Part shown: in pieces, positions 25,838-34,483 of the stretch
Numbering within the stretch: the stretch's first letter is position 1
Layout of the letters: each line of letters begins with the position of its first letter
Source: Acutalibacteraceae bacterium
GTDB taxonomy: Bacteria; Bacillota; Clostridia; Oscillospirales; Acutalibacteraceae
Direction of reading: 5' to 3'
Length of the DNA stretch: 64,000 bases
NCBI GenBank assembly: GCA_045648745.1
Contig: JAZROM010000078.1
Span: 6,374 to 70,373, forward strand
Translations under genes and position numbers: made by a program
The notes under the pieces: model-generated
Databases searched by the model: none
The model's input: the letters and a program-made list of their open reading frames with translations, nothing else
What the model was told of the DNA's origin: nothing

Positions 25838-26818
25838 CTAAATCACCTCTAATATGCACAAAACATTCCATACAAACAGTGCAGGAACAGTTAGTCGTAA
25901 AACCTGGAAAATACACGCACTTGCGATAATGGCATAACCGGCCAAGCCTGTATTCAAAACCTTTTGTCTTTTTCTTTTATTCCAAACAAGTCCACGTGAT
26001 TTGCTTATAAAACTAATAGTATTATCACCGAGAAGCTCACAGATTACGTTGGCTCCATCGATTCCGTTGTTGAAAACAAGATTGACGAATCCTAAAAAAA
26101 CGTTTTGAATAGCGGCACCAAAGAATGCTTCTCCCCAAAAATCTCCTCCGAAACTGGAAAGAAAAAGAAAGAGACCACAGAGGAAAAGATTAGTTTCAAT
26201 ACCCGCCAGATTGACCTGAATTCTCTGGAATCGACTTTTCACTTGTTTAGCATCAATAAGTGCATAGCCAGCGGGCATAAAATTTAATATACCTATCCCG
26301 ATTTCAAAGAATTTGCCTCCAGGACAGGCGAGCGCAGCACAAGCGTGACTGATTTCATGCAGAAAAAGGCCAAGGATAGTTCCCAGAGTCAATCCGGTAT
26401 ATATTCCGCCATCACCATAATTGAAATGCGTACGGAAATAATAGATGCCAAAGACGAGCATGGGTAAAAATGATATTTGTAAAGTCTTATTATAAAACCA
26501 AGCCAATAAACGCATGGCGCGTGTTATTCTGTGCGGTATGTATATGCTGTAAAGAAAGGTTCCGGTGGTTTTTAATAAAACCCTGTTTGTTCTTATGCAG
26601 TCAAAGTCAGCCAGAAGTTTCAAACGATCACGAACAGCTGCTTCACTGAGGGTTTTATCGATACTACGAGGATTTGTTATTCCGTCGAGCCTTCTTCCCC
26701 AACGAACAATTTCTATAGGCAAGCAGTATGATTCTTCCAGAAGATAATTAGTGATTTCAACCAGCGCATCATCTTTCCTTTTTATTGTACAGTAGCTGTT
26801 CCATTTGGGATATTTCAT
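25838..26818 (-). CDS. Site-2-protease/M50-like intramembrane zinc metalloprotease with an N-terminal soluble domain
   Basis: The RBS aaggagg is present. An HExxH motif 'LHEISHACAAL' sits in a hydrophobic segment, and a downstream 'FNNGIDGANV' matches the DG motif of S2P. The roughly 100-aa N-terminal domain has a PqqD/RRE-like flavour ('YCLPIEIVRWGRRLDG'), but that call is low confidence. Confidence 0.6.
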   Translation of the reverse strand: MKYPKWNSYCTIKRKDDALVEITNYLLEESYCLPIEIVRWGRRLDGITNPRSIDKTLSEAAVRDRLKLLADFDCIRTNRVLLKTTGTFLYSIYIPHRITRAMRLLAWFYNKTLQISFLPMLVFGIYYFRTHFNYGDGGIYTGLTLGTILGLFLHEISHACAALACPGGKFFEIGIGILNFMPAGYALIDAKQVKSRFQRIQVNLAGIETNLFLCGLFLFLSSFGGDFWGEAFFGAAIQNVFLGFVNLVFNNGIDGANVICELLGDNTISFISKSRGLVWNKRKRQKVLNTGLAGYAIIASACIFQVLRLTVPALFVWNVLCILEVI

Positions 26819-26848
26819 AATAAAACCTCCTTGCGGTGATGAACATTT

Positions 26849-26879
26849 GCATGCTTGTACAGGTTGTGTACAAGCATGC
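26849..26879 (-). promoter_or_regulatory. Perfect 13-bp stem-loop in the Lon to S2P intercistronic region
   Basis: The structure is gcatgcttgtaca-ggttg-tgtacaagcatgc. It lies between the Lon stop (26890) and the S2P RBS, and no U-tract follows on the minus strand. Confidence 0.5.
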
Positions 26880-26889
26880 TGTGTTTTTA

Positions 26890-29800
26890 TTAGGCGATTT
26901 TTCTGTGAAGCTCGGTGAAGATATTTTCAATGACCTGAGAAACATGATTAATTGGGATAACCTCAACGGAAAACATGTCCAGATCATCTTTTGAAAGCTC
27001 TTTATAGTTTCCTTCAGGAATAAACACCTTTGAGCAACCGGACTGTTCTGCGGCCTGAATCTTCGCAATAGTGCCACCGATGTTGAAAACATAACCATTA
27101 CCGTTAATTTCACCGGTATACGAAACATTTTCAACAATAGGAGTGTTGAAAACTGCAGAAAGCAGTGACATAAGAATTGCGACACCAGCAGAGGGGCCGT
27201 CCTTCTGAACTGCACCTTCGCCAAAATGAATGTGAATGCCCTTGTTTGAGAGGATTCCCTTGTAGTGGCGTTTTATATAGCTGATTGCAAGCTTTACACT
27301 GTCAACAGTACTTTCTTTAGGAAGACCCGTAATAGTCAACGAGTTTTCGTCAGGAATAAGCATAGTTTCAACAGAAAAAGCCATGCCGCAGTTGTTACCG
27401 GTAACAGCAAGAGCTTTTGAAAGACCGGGGTAATTTTCATAAGGAAAGTTACCTCTTTCTGCAGGAGGATTGCCGAGAACAGACTTGATATCATCGGCAC
27501 CAATGATAAGCTTTCTTTCATCGGAAGAGAACAACTTGTCTCTTATGAGTCTCTTGATAGCCTTGTCAGCATCACGAACACCGAAGGAACGACAGTATAC
27601 TTCGACAATAAGCTTCTGTGCTTCCTTAGAAAAGGTTACTTCGTAACCTGTAGGAACAAGTTCCGAAACAGCCTTGGGAATAATATAATTATGGATGATT
27701 TCAGCCTTTTCTTTTTCTGTGTAGCCTTCAAGATGAATAACTGTAAATCTGTCAAGAAGAACAGAATCGATTGCAGAAAGATCATTAGCTGTTGCAATAT
27801 ACATAACTCCTGATAAGTCAACAGGCTGTCCGATAAAACTGTCTGTGAATTCGGAAGAATCATCAAGCAGATCAACCAAAGCATTAGTTGCCGAAACTCC
27901 TTCTCGTGAACCCATTTTATCAATCTCATCAAGGTGAACAATACCTTTTGATGTTTTCATTTTGTGAACAGCTCTGATAATCATTCCGGCGTCTGCACCG
28001 ATATATGATAATGAATGACCTTTAATTGATACATCATCGGAAATACCGTTTAAAGAAATTTTACAGTATGCTGAGTTGCATGCCTTGGCAATACTCTTAA
28101 CGATAGATGTTTTTCCGATACCGGGAGGTCCTACAAAAAGCAGTCTCGTTGCAGACAAAGGTCTGCTATTAAGAGCACAAACATTAAAAATCTGTGCAAC
28201 CTCTCTCTTTACATTCTCCATACCGTAGTGAGTTGTATTAACTTCGGCATAAAAATGTTCTTTATCGAAACAAGAAAATGCATTACCGACAGGAATAAGA
28301 TTCACAAGATAATTAAGCTTTTTCTCGTATTTCTCTTTTACCTCGCTGTCAAGGTTTTCCCGTTTAAGCTTCGCAATAAGGTATTTTATTTCTTCTGAGA
28401 TTTCAGGAGAATAAAGCGATTTGTTACGACGATGAATAATAGCCGGAGAATTCTTGTTAACAGTACTGTCAAGTGTTGCGTCAACAAAGGCTTTGTCAAC
28501 GATGATCTGGTTTCTCGTTCCTGCCGAATCCCATATTGAAAGCACTCTTCTTACGATACTTTCAATACCTTTTTTAAGATCTCTTGCGCCATCGTCTTCA
28601 CAAAAATTCTGTGCAATATATTTTATTACATCATCATTAATGATAATCTCTTCAGCACCAATATCAAAATCCTTGAGAATGGAAGGTGAAATGAATTTCT
28701 GTGCAATTTCAACCTTTTCGTCTTCTTCATAATCATCAACATTGATAACTGTAAATCTGTTAAGAAGATTTGCAGGGATGGTATCAGTTGAATTAGCAGT
28801 TGCGATGAAGATGGTGTTTTGTGTATTTATGTATGTCCCAAGAAAAGCATCCTTGAAATAATGCTCATCTGAAAGAGCATCATTGAATGCTTTGCTTACG
28901 GTTCCGCCTTCTTTAGTGGATTCATAGGATTTATCATATTCATCAAGTCCGAAAACTACTCGTGTGGTACCAACCTTGTAATAGTTCTTAACTACCTCAC
29001 CACAATCTGAAGCATCATAGTGCGGTGCATCTCCCAAAACATCAACTACTGATGTTGAGGATCCGAGCGGGATTACAAAGAAAGGAATTCCAAGCACTTC
29101 CGCAACAGCTTTCATAATAGCGGTTTTTCCGACTCCCGGGGAGCCTACAAGAAGAACGCAAAAGCCTTTCTTGTTACTGTACTTAGACGCCACAATCGCT
29201 TCAGCAAGCTTTTCTTTGAGTTTGTTGTGTTTGTGTAAAATACTGTCAAGTTTCGCAATGATTTCTTCTTTAGTCATTGAAATGTCCTGTGAAACACCCT
29301 GATTGATATTAAGGATATATGAAAGTCTTCTTGTAGCTCTTGTTTTGTTTGCATAAGTCAGACTTCTGCATTCTTCAAACATGGCTTCAATATCCCTTTG
29401 CTGCTGAGGAGTGTATGTGTTTCTGCACATATCAAACTTGAGCCTGAGCGTTTCTGTATCTGTAGAAGGAACAGGTGAGTTTTTTACTGTTGCAAACTTT
29501 TCACCGAAGAGCTGTTCCTTGAATGATTCCTGAACGCTTGCCGGAAGATTAAGGAACATATTCATCGCATTAAGCTTTTTTTCAACAGTATCAAAAGCAT
29601 TAAACATGTCGTAAAACTCTTTTGATACAACTGCTTTTGCAACACATTCAGTGTTGATTCTACACATAATATATACCGTTTCACCCGCAATAATATATTT
29701 CTGAGGCATAATTGTATCTGATGAGATTTTAGCCTCAAGAGGGTGATTCTTAAAAAGAAGTTTCATGGACATGTCAGCAGATAAAACAAGATTGCTTTCG

Positions 29801-29982
29801 TAGATATGCTCAAATACGATATAGCCTGATTTGTCAAGAGTTGTATTCGTGCATTTTGTGTTTGTTTCAGAACTTATCTGCGACTGAATCAGCTCGTTTG
29901 CGACACGGTCGAGAATAGCTACAACGTTTTCTTCCGGAAGTGTATTGATAAGTTTGATAAAATGCTCTATTTTGTCCATCAT
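26890..29982 (-). CDS. Lon-family protease with a unique N-terminal region, two tandem Lon-type AAA+ modules and a C-terminal Ser-Lys protease domain
   Basis: The RBS gaggagg is present. The first AAA+ module has 'LLVGSPGVGKTAI...GLDEYDK...IATANSTDTIPANLLNRF'. The second has 'LFVGPPGIGKTSI...HLDEIDKMG...IATANDLSAIDSVLLDRF'. The protease domain has 'KDGPSAGVAILMSLLSA' and 'GGTIAKIQAA'. Confidence 0.85.
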   Translation of the reverse strand: MMDKIEHFIKLINTLPEENVVAILDRVANELIQSQISSETNTKCTNTTLDKSGYIVFEHIYESNLVLSADMSMKLLFKNHPLEAKISSDTIMPQKYIIAGETVYIMCRINTECVAKAVVSKEFYDMFNAFDTVEKKLNAMNMFLNLPASVQESFKEQLFGEKFATVKNSPVPSTDTETLRLKFDMCRNTYTPQQQRDIEAMFEECRSLTYANKTRATRRLSYILNINQGVSQDISMTKEEIIAKLDSILHKHNKLKEKLAEAIVASKYSNKKGFCVLLVGSPGVGKTAIMKAVAEVLGIPFFVIPLGSSTSVVDVLGDAPHYDASDCGEVVKNYYKVGTTRVVFGLDEYDKSYESTKEGGTVSKAFNDALSDEHYFKDAFLGTYINTQNTIFIATANSTDTIPANLLNRFTVINVDDYEEDEKVEIAQKFISPSILKDFDIGAEEIIINDDVIKYIAQNFCEDDGARDLKKGIESIVRRVLSIWDSAGTRNQIIVDKAFVDATLDSTVNKNSPAIIHRRNKSLYSPEISEEIKYLIAKLKRENLDSEVKEKYEKKLNYLVNLIPVGNAFSCFDKEHFYAEVNTTHYGMENVKREVAQIFNVCALNSRPLSATRLLFVGPPGIGKTSIVKSIAKACNSAYCKISLNGISDDVSIKGHSLSYIGADAGMIIRAVHKMKTSKGIVHLDEIDKMGSREGVSATNALVDLLDDSSEFTDSFIGQPVDLSGVMYIATANDLSAIDSVLLDRFTVIHLEGYTEKEKAEIIHNYIIPKAVSELVPTGYEVTFSKEAQKLIVEVYCRSFGVRDADKAIKRLIRDKLFSSDERKLIIGADDIKSVLGNPPAERGNFPYENYPGLSKALAVTGNNCGMAFSVETMLIPDENSLTITGLPKESTVDSVKLAISYIKRHYKGILSNKGIHIHFGEGAVQKDGPSAGVAILMSLLSAVFNTPIVENVSYTGEINGNGYVFNIGGTIAKIQAAEQSGCSKVFIPEGNYKELSKDDLDMFSVEVIPINHVSQVIENIFTELHRKIA

Positions 29983-30038
29983 AGTTTACCTCCTCGTTGA
30001 TGGTTTGTATCTTCACTGTCTGTATCGGTTACTGTTGA

Positions 30039-30800
30039 TTAAGAAATGTCGCTTTTGCCTTCTTCATCCGGAATTGCGAGGAGCTGATCAAAAAGACTGC
30101 CCGGGACAACATCAGAAGAATCTTCTGATGATTCCTCTTCCTTTTTTGCAAAAAGACTGGATGCAATGGCATCTCTGCGTTCAGCTCTTTTACGAATCCA
30201 CTCTGAAAATCCGGGAGGTTCGGGAAGGTTTATGTGATGAAAATCTTCTTTATCTTCATTTTCGTTTTCGCCGAACGGGAAGTTATCAGGTAAATCTTCT
30301 GTGAGCTGCTTTGCAATTTTCTCGATATGTTTTTTAATTACTTTTTCAACATCAGCTTCATCAGGTTCAAGAAGCTTCATGTGAGCGAGCTTTTCGAGAG
30401 GGATGTTAAATGCATCAAGAATTTTAACACATTCGCCTTCCATAATTTTGAACATTAAAACACTGAGTGGTGCATCATCAAAACGCTGTTCTGTGTGAAT
30501 ATGAAGGTTTCCGTTAGGTGCAATACGGAGATTGCAACATTTGTAGTTTGCGTTTATCTTGTCAATGTATTCCCCAATCTGTGAACGGGCCTCTTTAGGG
30601 CAATGAATTGAAGGGGAGATTTCCATAATGACCACTTCTGCGCTTTTATCGATTCTTGTGATTACAGAGTAGGTTCTGTCTGATGTATCAATGCGGGCTG
30701 TAAAGCCTTCACCATCCATCATTTTGGCGGTGTATTTGTGATCTGATATTGCATAATAAGTTTCACCGTTATGCATTGTTTCGTTAAAGTATTTTGACAT
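30039..30800 (-). CDS. Hypothetical cytoplasmic protein with an acidic C-terminal tail (N-domain vaguely YbjN/chaperone-like)
   Basis: The RBS aaggaga is present. There is no TM segment. The C-terminal 90 aa are rich in D, E and S. The fold assignment is only a guess. Confidence 0.55.
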   Translation of the reverse strand: MSKYFNETMHNGETYYAISDHKYTAKMMDGEGFTARIDTSDRTYSVITRIDKSAEVVIMEISPSIHCPKEARSQIGEYIDKINANYKCCNLRIAPNGNLHIHTEQRFDDAPLSVLMFKIMEGECVKILDAFNIPLEKLAHMKLLEPDEADVEKVIKKHIEKIAKQLTEDLPDNFPFGENENEDKEDFHHINLPEPPGFSEWIRKRAERRDAIASSLFAKKEEESSEDSSDVVPGSLFDQLLAIPDEEGKSDIS

Positions 30801-30937
30801 AATAACATCTCCTTTTTGATAATTGCTTATTGGATTTAAGCATTCTTCATTTATAAGTAAAACAGATTTTTGAGCCTTTGACGGGAAATAGGAGAGCTTT
30901 TTAAATGTTTTTCTCCATAGACTCGTCCATCGTTGGC
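30801..30937 (-). promoter_or_regulatory. Leader/promoter module, copy 1 of 2 (duplicated upstream of two consecutive genes)
   Basis: On the minus strand, the blocks 'cctatttcccg(t/c)caaa', 'aaaaatctgttttacttataa', 'cttaaa(a)tccaataagcaattat' and 'aaaggagatgtt' are shared with 31304-31420. Each copy ends at the RBS and ATG. Confidence 0.6.
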
Positions 30938-31303
30938 TTAGTCTGAAAGCACATTGGGCATTTTACCGTTTTTAAGTGCAATATAATGTAAAATCAAATA
31001 GACGAGCATTTCTGAATCGGAAAGAATTCCTTCTTCATCATAAATTTCACAATTTACGATGGATGAAATGATAGCAATAAGAGGTTTAGTGTTTTTTTCG
31101 TCTTTCATTACCGCAAAGGGCTGGTTGGCGATTCTTGTGAATGCAATGGATTCGTTTCTTTTAATGCCGGAGGACATACTCAAAATATCGTGTATTTTTT
31201 TGAACATAATCAAGTCTTCAAAATTAAGCATACAGTCGATTTCGAGAAGGGTGTTTGTGATGCTATCGAAGGTGTAGGTGTTGATAATTTCTTTGATTGT
31301 CAT
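30938..31303 (-). CDS. Hypothetical small cytoplasmic protein (121 aa), first gene of the minus-strand supercluster
   Basis: The RBS aaggaga is present. I recognised no motifs. Confidence 0.55.
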   Translation of the reverse strand: MTIKEIINTYTFDSITNTLLEIDCMLNFEDLIMFKKIHDILSMSSGIKRNESIAFTRIANQPFAVMKDEKNTKPLIAIISSIVNCEIYDEEGILSDSEMLVYLILHYIALKNGKMPNVLSD

Positions 31304-31420
31304 AAGAACATCTCCTTTAATAATTGCTTATTGGATTTTAAGTATCCTTTAATTATAAGTAAAACAGATTTTTAAGTATTTGGCGGGAAATAGGAATAAA
31401 TTTAAAATTTTTTCTATGGA
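31304..31420 (-). promoter_or_regulatory. Leader/promoter module, copy 2 of 2
   Basis: See 30801-30937. It contains TATAAT (minus strand) preceded by 'ctgttttact'. I found no good -35 hexamer at 17 nt. Confidence 0.55.
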
Positions 31421-31773
31421 GCAAAGAAACCCTGTGCACTTTAATCTACACAGGTTTTCTTTCACTATATTGATAAGTTTAATTTGTGTTTTTCTTGGAG
31501 TCTTAATGACTGTGCGTTTCTACCTTTTAATGTATCAAGGTAGGCGTTGCTGTATTTTTTGAAGCTTGCGGTATTTGCAATCAGTTTTTGTCTTTAAAGG
31601 TTGAGCTGCTGAATTTTCTTGTCAGCGGGTTTTTCTTTTTTATCAACAAGTAAACCTCTTATAGGTTACGTATGTTATAAGTATAGTTTTTACACTTTTT
31701 GCGTGGAAACAACTTTACAAAAATGACACCGAGAATGCTGATTCTCGATGCCAATAAAGCAAATTTATAATTA

Positions 31774-31802
31774 TTGAAAAGAATATTATTTTATGATAAA
31801 AT
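31774..31802 (+). promoter_or_regulatory. Candidate sigma-A promoter (extended -10) for the secreted LRR-protein cluster
   Basis: TTGAAA (31774-31779), a 17-nt spacer ending in TGa, then TAAAAT (31797-31802). Confidence 0.35.
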
Positions 31803-31960
31803 GCCACTAACGATATAGTGAAAAGAAAATTTACCCGTTTCAGACCCATAAAAGGCGGTTTCGGGTCGTTGGATGTACCGAAACCGCAAAAAGCTGTATA
31901 ATAATTATGGGTTATTTTTGCCTTATATTCAAAAGTTTTTTAAACGAAAGGAAGTCTAAA

Positions 31961-34258
31961 ATGAAACACATTTTTAAAAAAGGCATCGCAATACTGCTTT
32001 CAATACTGTGTGCTTTTAACCTTGCTGTTGTGTCCTTTGCGGAGGAAACGGTGGTGACGGGCACCTGTGGTGAAAATGCAAGCTGGTCATTCAACACTGT
32101 TTCGGGGTTGTTGGTTATCAGTGGAGACGGGGAGATGAAGAGCGAATCAAATAATAATTATATGCCCTGGAATAAATATAAAGAAGAAGTCAAGGAAGTT
32201 GTAATTGAAAATGGTGTTACAACTATATGTAAAAATGCTTTTAGCGGTTGCAAAAATCTTGAAACGGTTACGATTCCAAACAGCATTATGGCTATAGATA
32301 CTTATGCTTTTTTCCATTGTGAGTCTCTTGTTGAAATAACAATTCCTGATAGCGTAGTTAGTATTGGCAACTATGCTTTTGACAATTGTGTTAGTCTTAC
32401 GATGATTTCTATAGGTAAAGGCGTTGCTGATATGAAATACACCTCGTTTCTTAGATGCAAAAGTCTTACAGATATCACGGTAGACAGCGAGAACTTGAAT
32501 TTCTCAAGTGAAGATGGTGTTTTGTATAACAAAGATAAGACAAAACTTATAAAATATCCGGTAGGAAACAGCAGAACAGCTTTTGAAATCCCCGAAGATG
32601 TTGAAGATATTGAAATCGATGCTTTTTACGGTTGTAGTTATCTGGTTAATGTTAAAATTCCGGAAGGCGTAGTGAATATTGGATTCGCTGCATTTTATAA
32701 TTGTGATAATATAACAGGCGTAACTTTGCCTAAAAGTATCAAGAGTATAGCCGAATCTGCTTTTTCAGACTGTAATGCACTTAAAGATATATACTATTCC
32801 GGTGATTTAACAAGTTGGTGTTCAAATAATTTTGAAACATTCCTTTCTCAATCAACAAACTATTATATTGACGGAGAACTTGTTTCAGGCGATTTGGTTT
32901 TACCCGAGGGTATTACATATATTGGAAGCAACGTGTTTAATCACTGTATAGGTATTACAAATGTAATAATACCGAACAGTGTTACAAGTGTTGGTGAAAG
33001 TGCTTTTCGCGACTGTATTTGGCTTAAAAAAGTCCATATTCCTGATAATGTTAATTCTGTCGGGGAGGGGTGTTTTGTTGGTTGCTACTATTTATCAGAT
33101 GTAAAATTACCTGATGCTATTGTTGAGATAAAGGATTTTACCTTTTCAAGCTGTGATAAACTCAAACAAATCACGATTCCTGAAAATGTAACGAGTATTG
33201 GCGAATATGCTTTCCAATATTGTAACGCGTTAACAAATATTACTATACCGGAAAGTGTAATTGAAATTGGAAAAGGCGCATTTAGATATTGCCCCAATCT
33301 TGCCACGACCTATTATACCGGTACTGAGGAACAATGGAATGCAGTTTCCATTGGCACCGAAAACGAACCTCTGACTCGTAATGTCGTTTTCAATTATGGT
33401 AAACCTTCCGATATCTGCGGTGAAAATGCAACGTGGGCTTTTGACGAAGCAAGCGGAGCTCTCACAATCTCAGGTACAGGGGCAGTCAGTGATTACTCCA
33501 ACTGGAACGATATTGCAAATGCAGTTGCTTATGTTGAAATAGGCAACGGTATCGCATCCGTGGGCGAAAATGCATTTAACGGATTCAGTTCACTTAAAGA
33601 AGTGTATATGGCTGAAAGTGTATCCGAGCTTGGCAACAATGCTTTTACAGGTTGTCCGAAGCTTGCAACTGTAACAGCACTTTCGGATGATTTGAGTTTC
33701 ACCAATGCCTTTTCTGGCAATGATTCACGTCTGTTTTTCGTTGCAAAAGCAGGTTCAGGAACATACACTGCCTTCAAATCGGCAGGCTTTACTGTTAACG
33801 GAATAAGCAGCGACAAGGAAAAAGACGGTCGCAAGGTGCTTTCATTCGACGGCAAAACAACCATATATCAGAAACTTGATTATAACTATATTTCAAATCT
33901 GATTGCTGACAATTCTGATACATATTATTTGTATTTCGACAAGATAACCTTTGAGGGAATAGCTCCCGATATAATTATTATTGACGAAGAAAATCTTGAC
34001 AGTGCAGAACAATATTTTACTCTTAACGAGGTTTATATCAGCGTTTCTGTTAACGGAAAAACAGTTTCTCTTCCTGAGCTTGTGCAACTGCTTCAGGATG
34101 AAGATGCCGACGGAATTATAAGCTTTGAAGAGAAGGAAGGCGAAACATTTTTTGAAATGCTTTCGGATTTCTTTGAAGAAACGGTCGGGGAATTTGTTAC
34201 ACAGGCGTTCAAGGTAATCAAAACCGTTATAAATGCAATACGCAAACTTTTTAAATAA
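31961..34258 (+). CDS. Secreted BspA-type LRR surface protein with a Phe-rich C-terminal helix
   Basis: The start was re-picked at 'MKHIFKKGIAILLSILCAFNLAVVSFAEE' (RBS gaaaggaag). The LRR unit 'IP.SV..IG..AF..C..L' occurs many times, and 'CGENA.W.F' caps occur twice. The C-terminus is 'FFEMLSDFFEETVGEFVTQAFKVIKTVINAIRKLFK'. Confidence 0.85.
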   Translation: MKHIFKKGIAILLSILCAFNLAVVSFAEETVVTGTCGENASWSFNTVSGLLVISGDGEMKSESNNNYMPWNKYKEEVKEVVIENGVTTICKNAFSGCKNLETVTIPNSIMAIDTYAFFHCESLVEITIPDSVVSIGNYAFDNCVSLTMISIGKGVADMKYTSFLRCKSLTDITVDSENLNFSSEDGVLYNKDKTKLIKYPVGNSRTAFEIPEDVEDIEIDAFYGCSYLVNVKIPEGVVNIGFAAFYNCDNITGVTLPKSIKSIAESAFSDCNALKDIYYSGDLTSWCSNNFETFLSQSTNYYIDGELVSGDLVLPEGITYIGSNVFNHCIGITNVIIPNSVTSVGESAFRDCIWLKKVHIPDNVNSVGEGCFVGCYYLSDVKLPDAIVEIKDFTFSSCDKLKQITIPENVTSIGEYAFQYCNALTNITIPESVIEIGKGAFRYCPNLATTYYTGTEEQWNAVSIGTENEPLTRNVVFNYGKPSDICGENATWAFDEASGALTISGTGAVSDYSNWNDIANAVAYVEIGNGIASVGENAFNGFSSLKEVYMAESVSELGNNAFTGCPKLATVTALSDDLSFTNAFSGNDSRLFFVAKAGSGTYTAFKSAGFTVNGISSDKEKDGRKVLSFDGKTTIYQKLDYNYISNLIADNSDTYYLYFDKITFEGIAPDIIIIDEENLDSAEQYFTLNEVYISVSVNGKTVSLPELVQLLQDEDADGIISFEEKEGETFFEMLSDFFEETVGEFVTQAFKVIKTVINAIRKLFK

Positions 34259-34270
34259 AATAGATTGATA

Positions 34271-34309
34271 ATCGGCAGGAAGTGCTTTTCGGCATTCCTG
34301 CCGATTTTT
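34271..34309 (+). terminator. Intrinsic terminator
   Basis: The hairpin atcggcaggaa...ttcctgccgat is followed by tttt. Confidence 0.75.
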
Positions 34310-34483
34310 GTTGCCCTGGAATGTGTAAAAACACCAAATCTAAAAACAGCAAGAGATTTAAGTTGTATTTTCCAAACATTTCAGGTCGTCAAAACGGCAT
34401 TTCAGGTCTTCGTGTAAAAAACATTGCTTTTTTAATGATAAAATCTATGCATCATAGCCAAACGGCAGAAAGAAGTTGTTTAT

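Noticed and set aside
26769-27224. 151-aa minus-strand ORF overlapping the 3' end of the Lon gene and the intercistronic hairpin
   Set aside because: It lies in an alternative frame of a well-supported CDS, overlaps the protease-domain coding region, and has no independent RBS.
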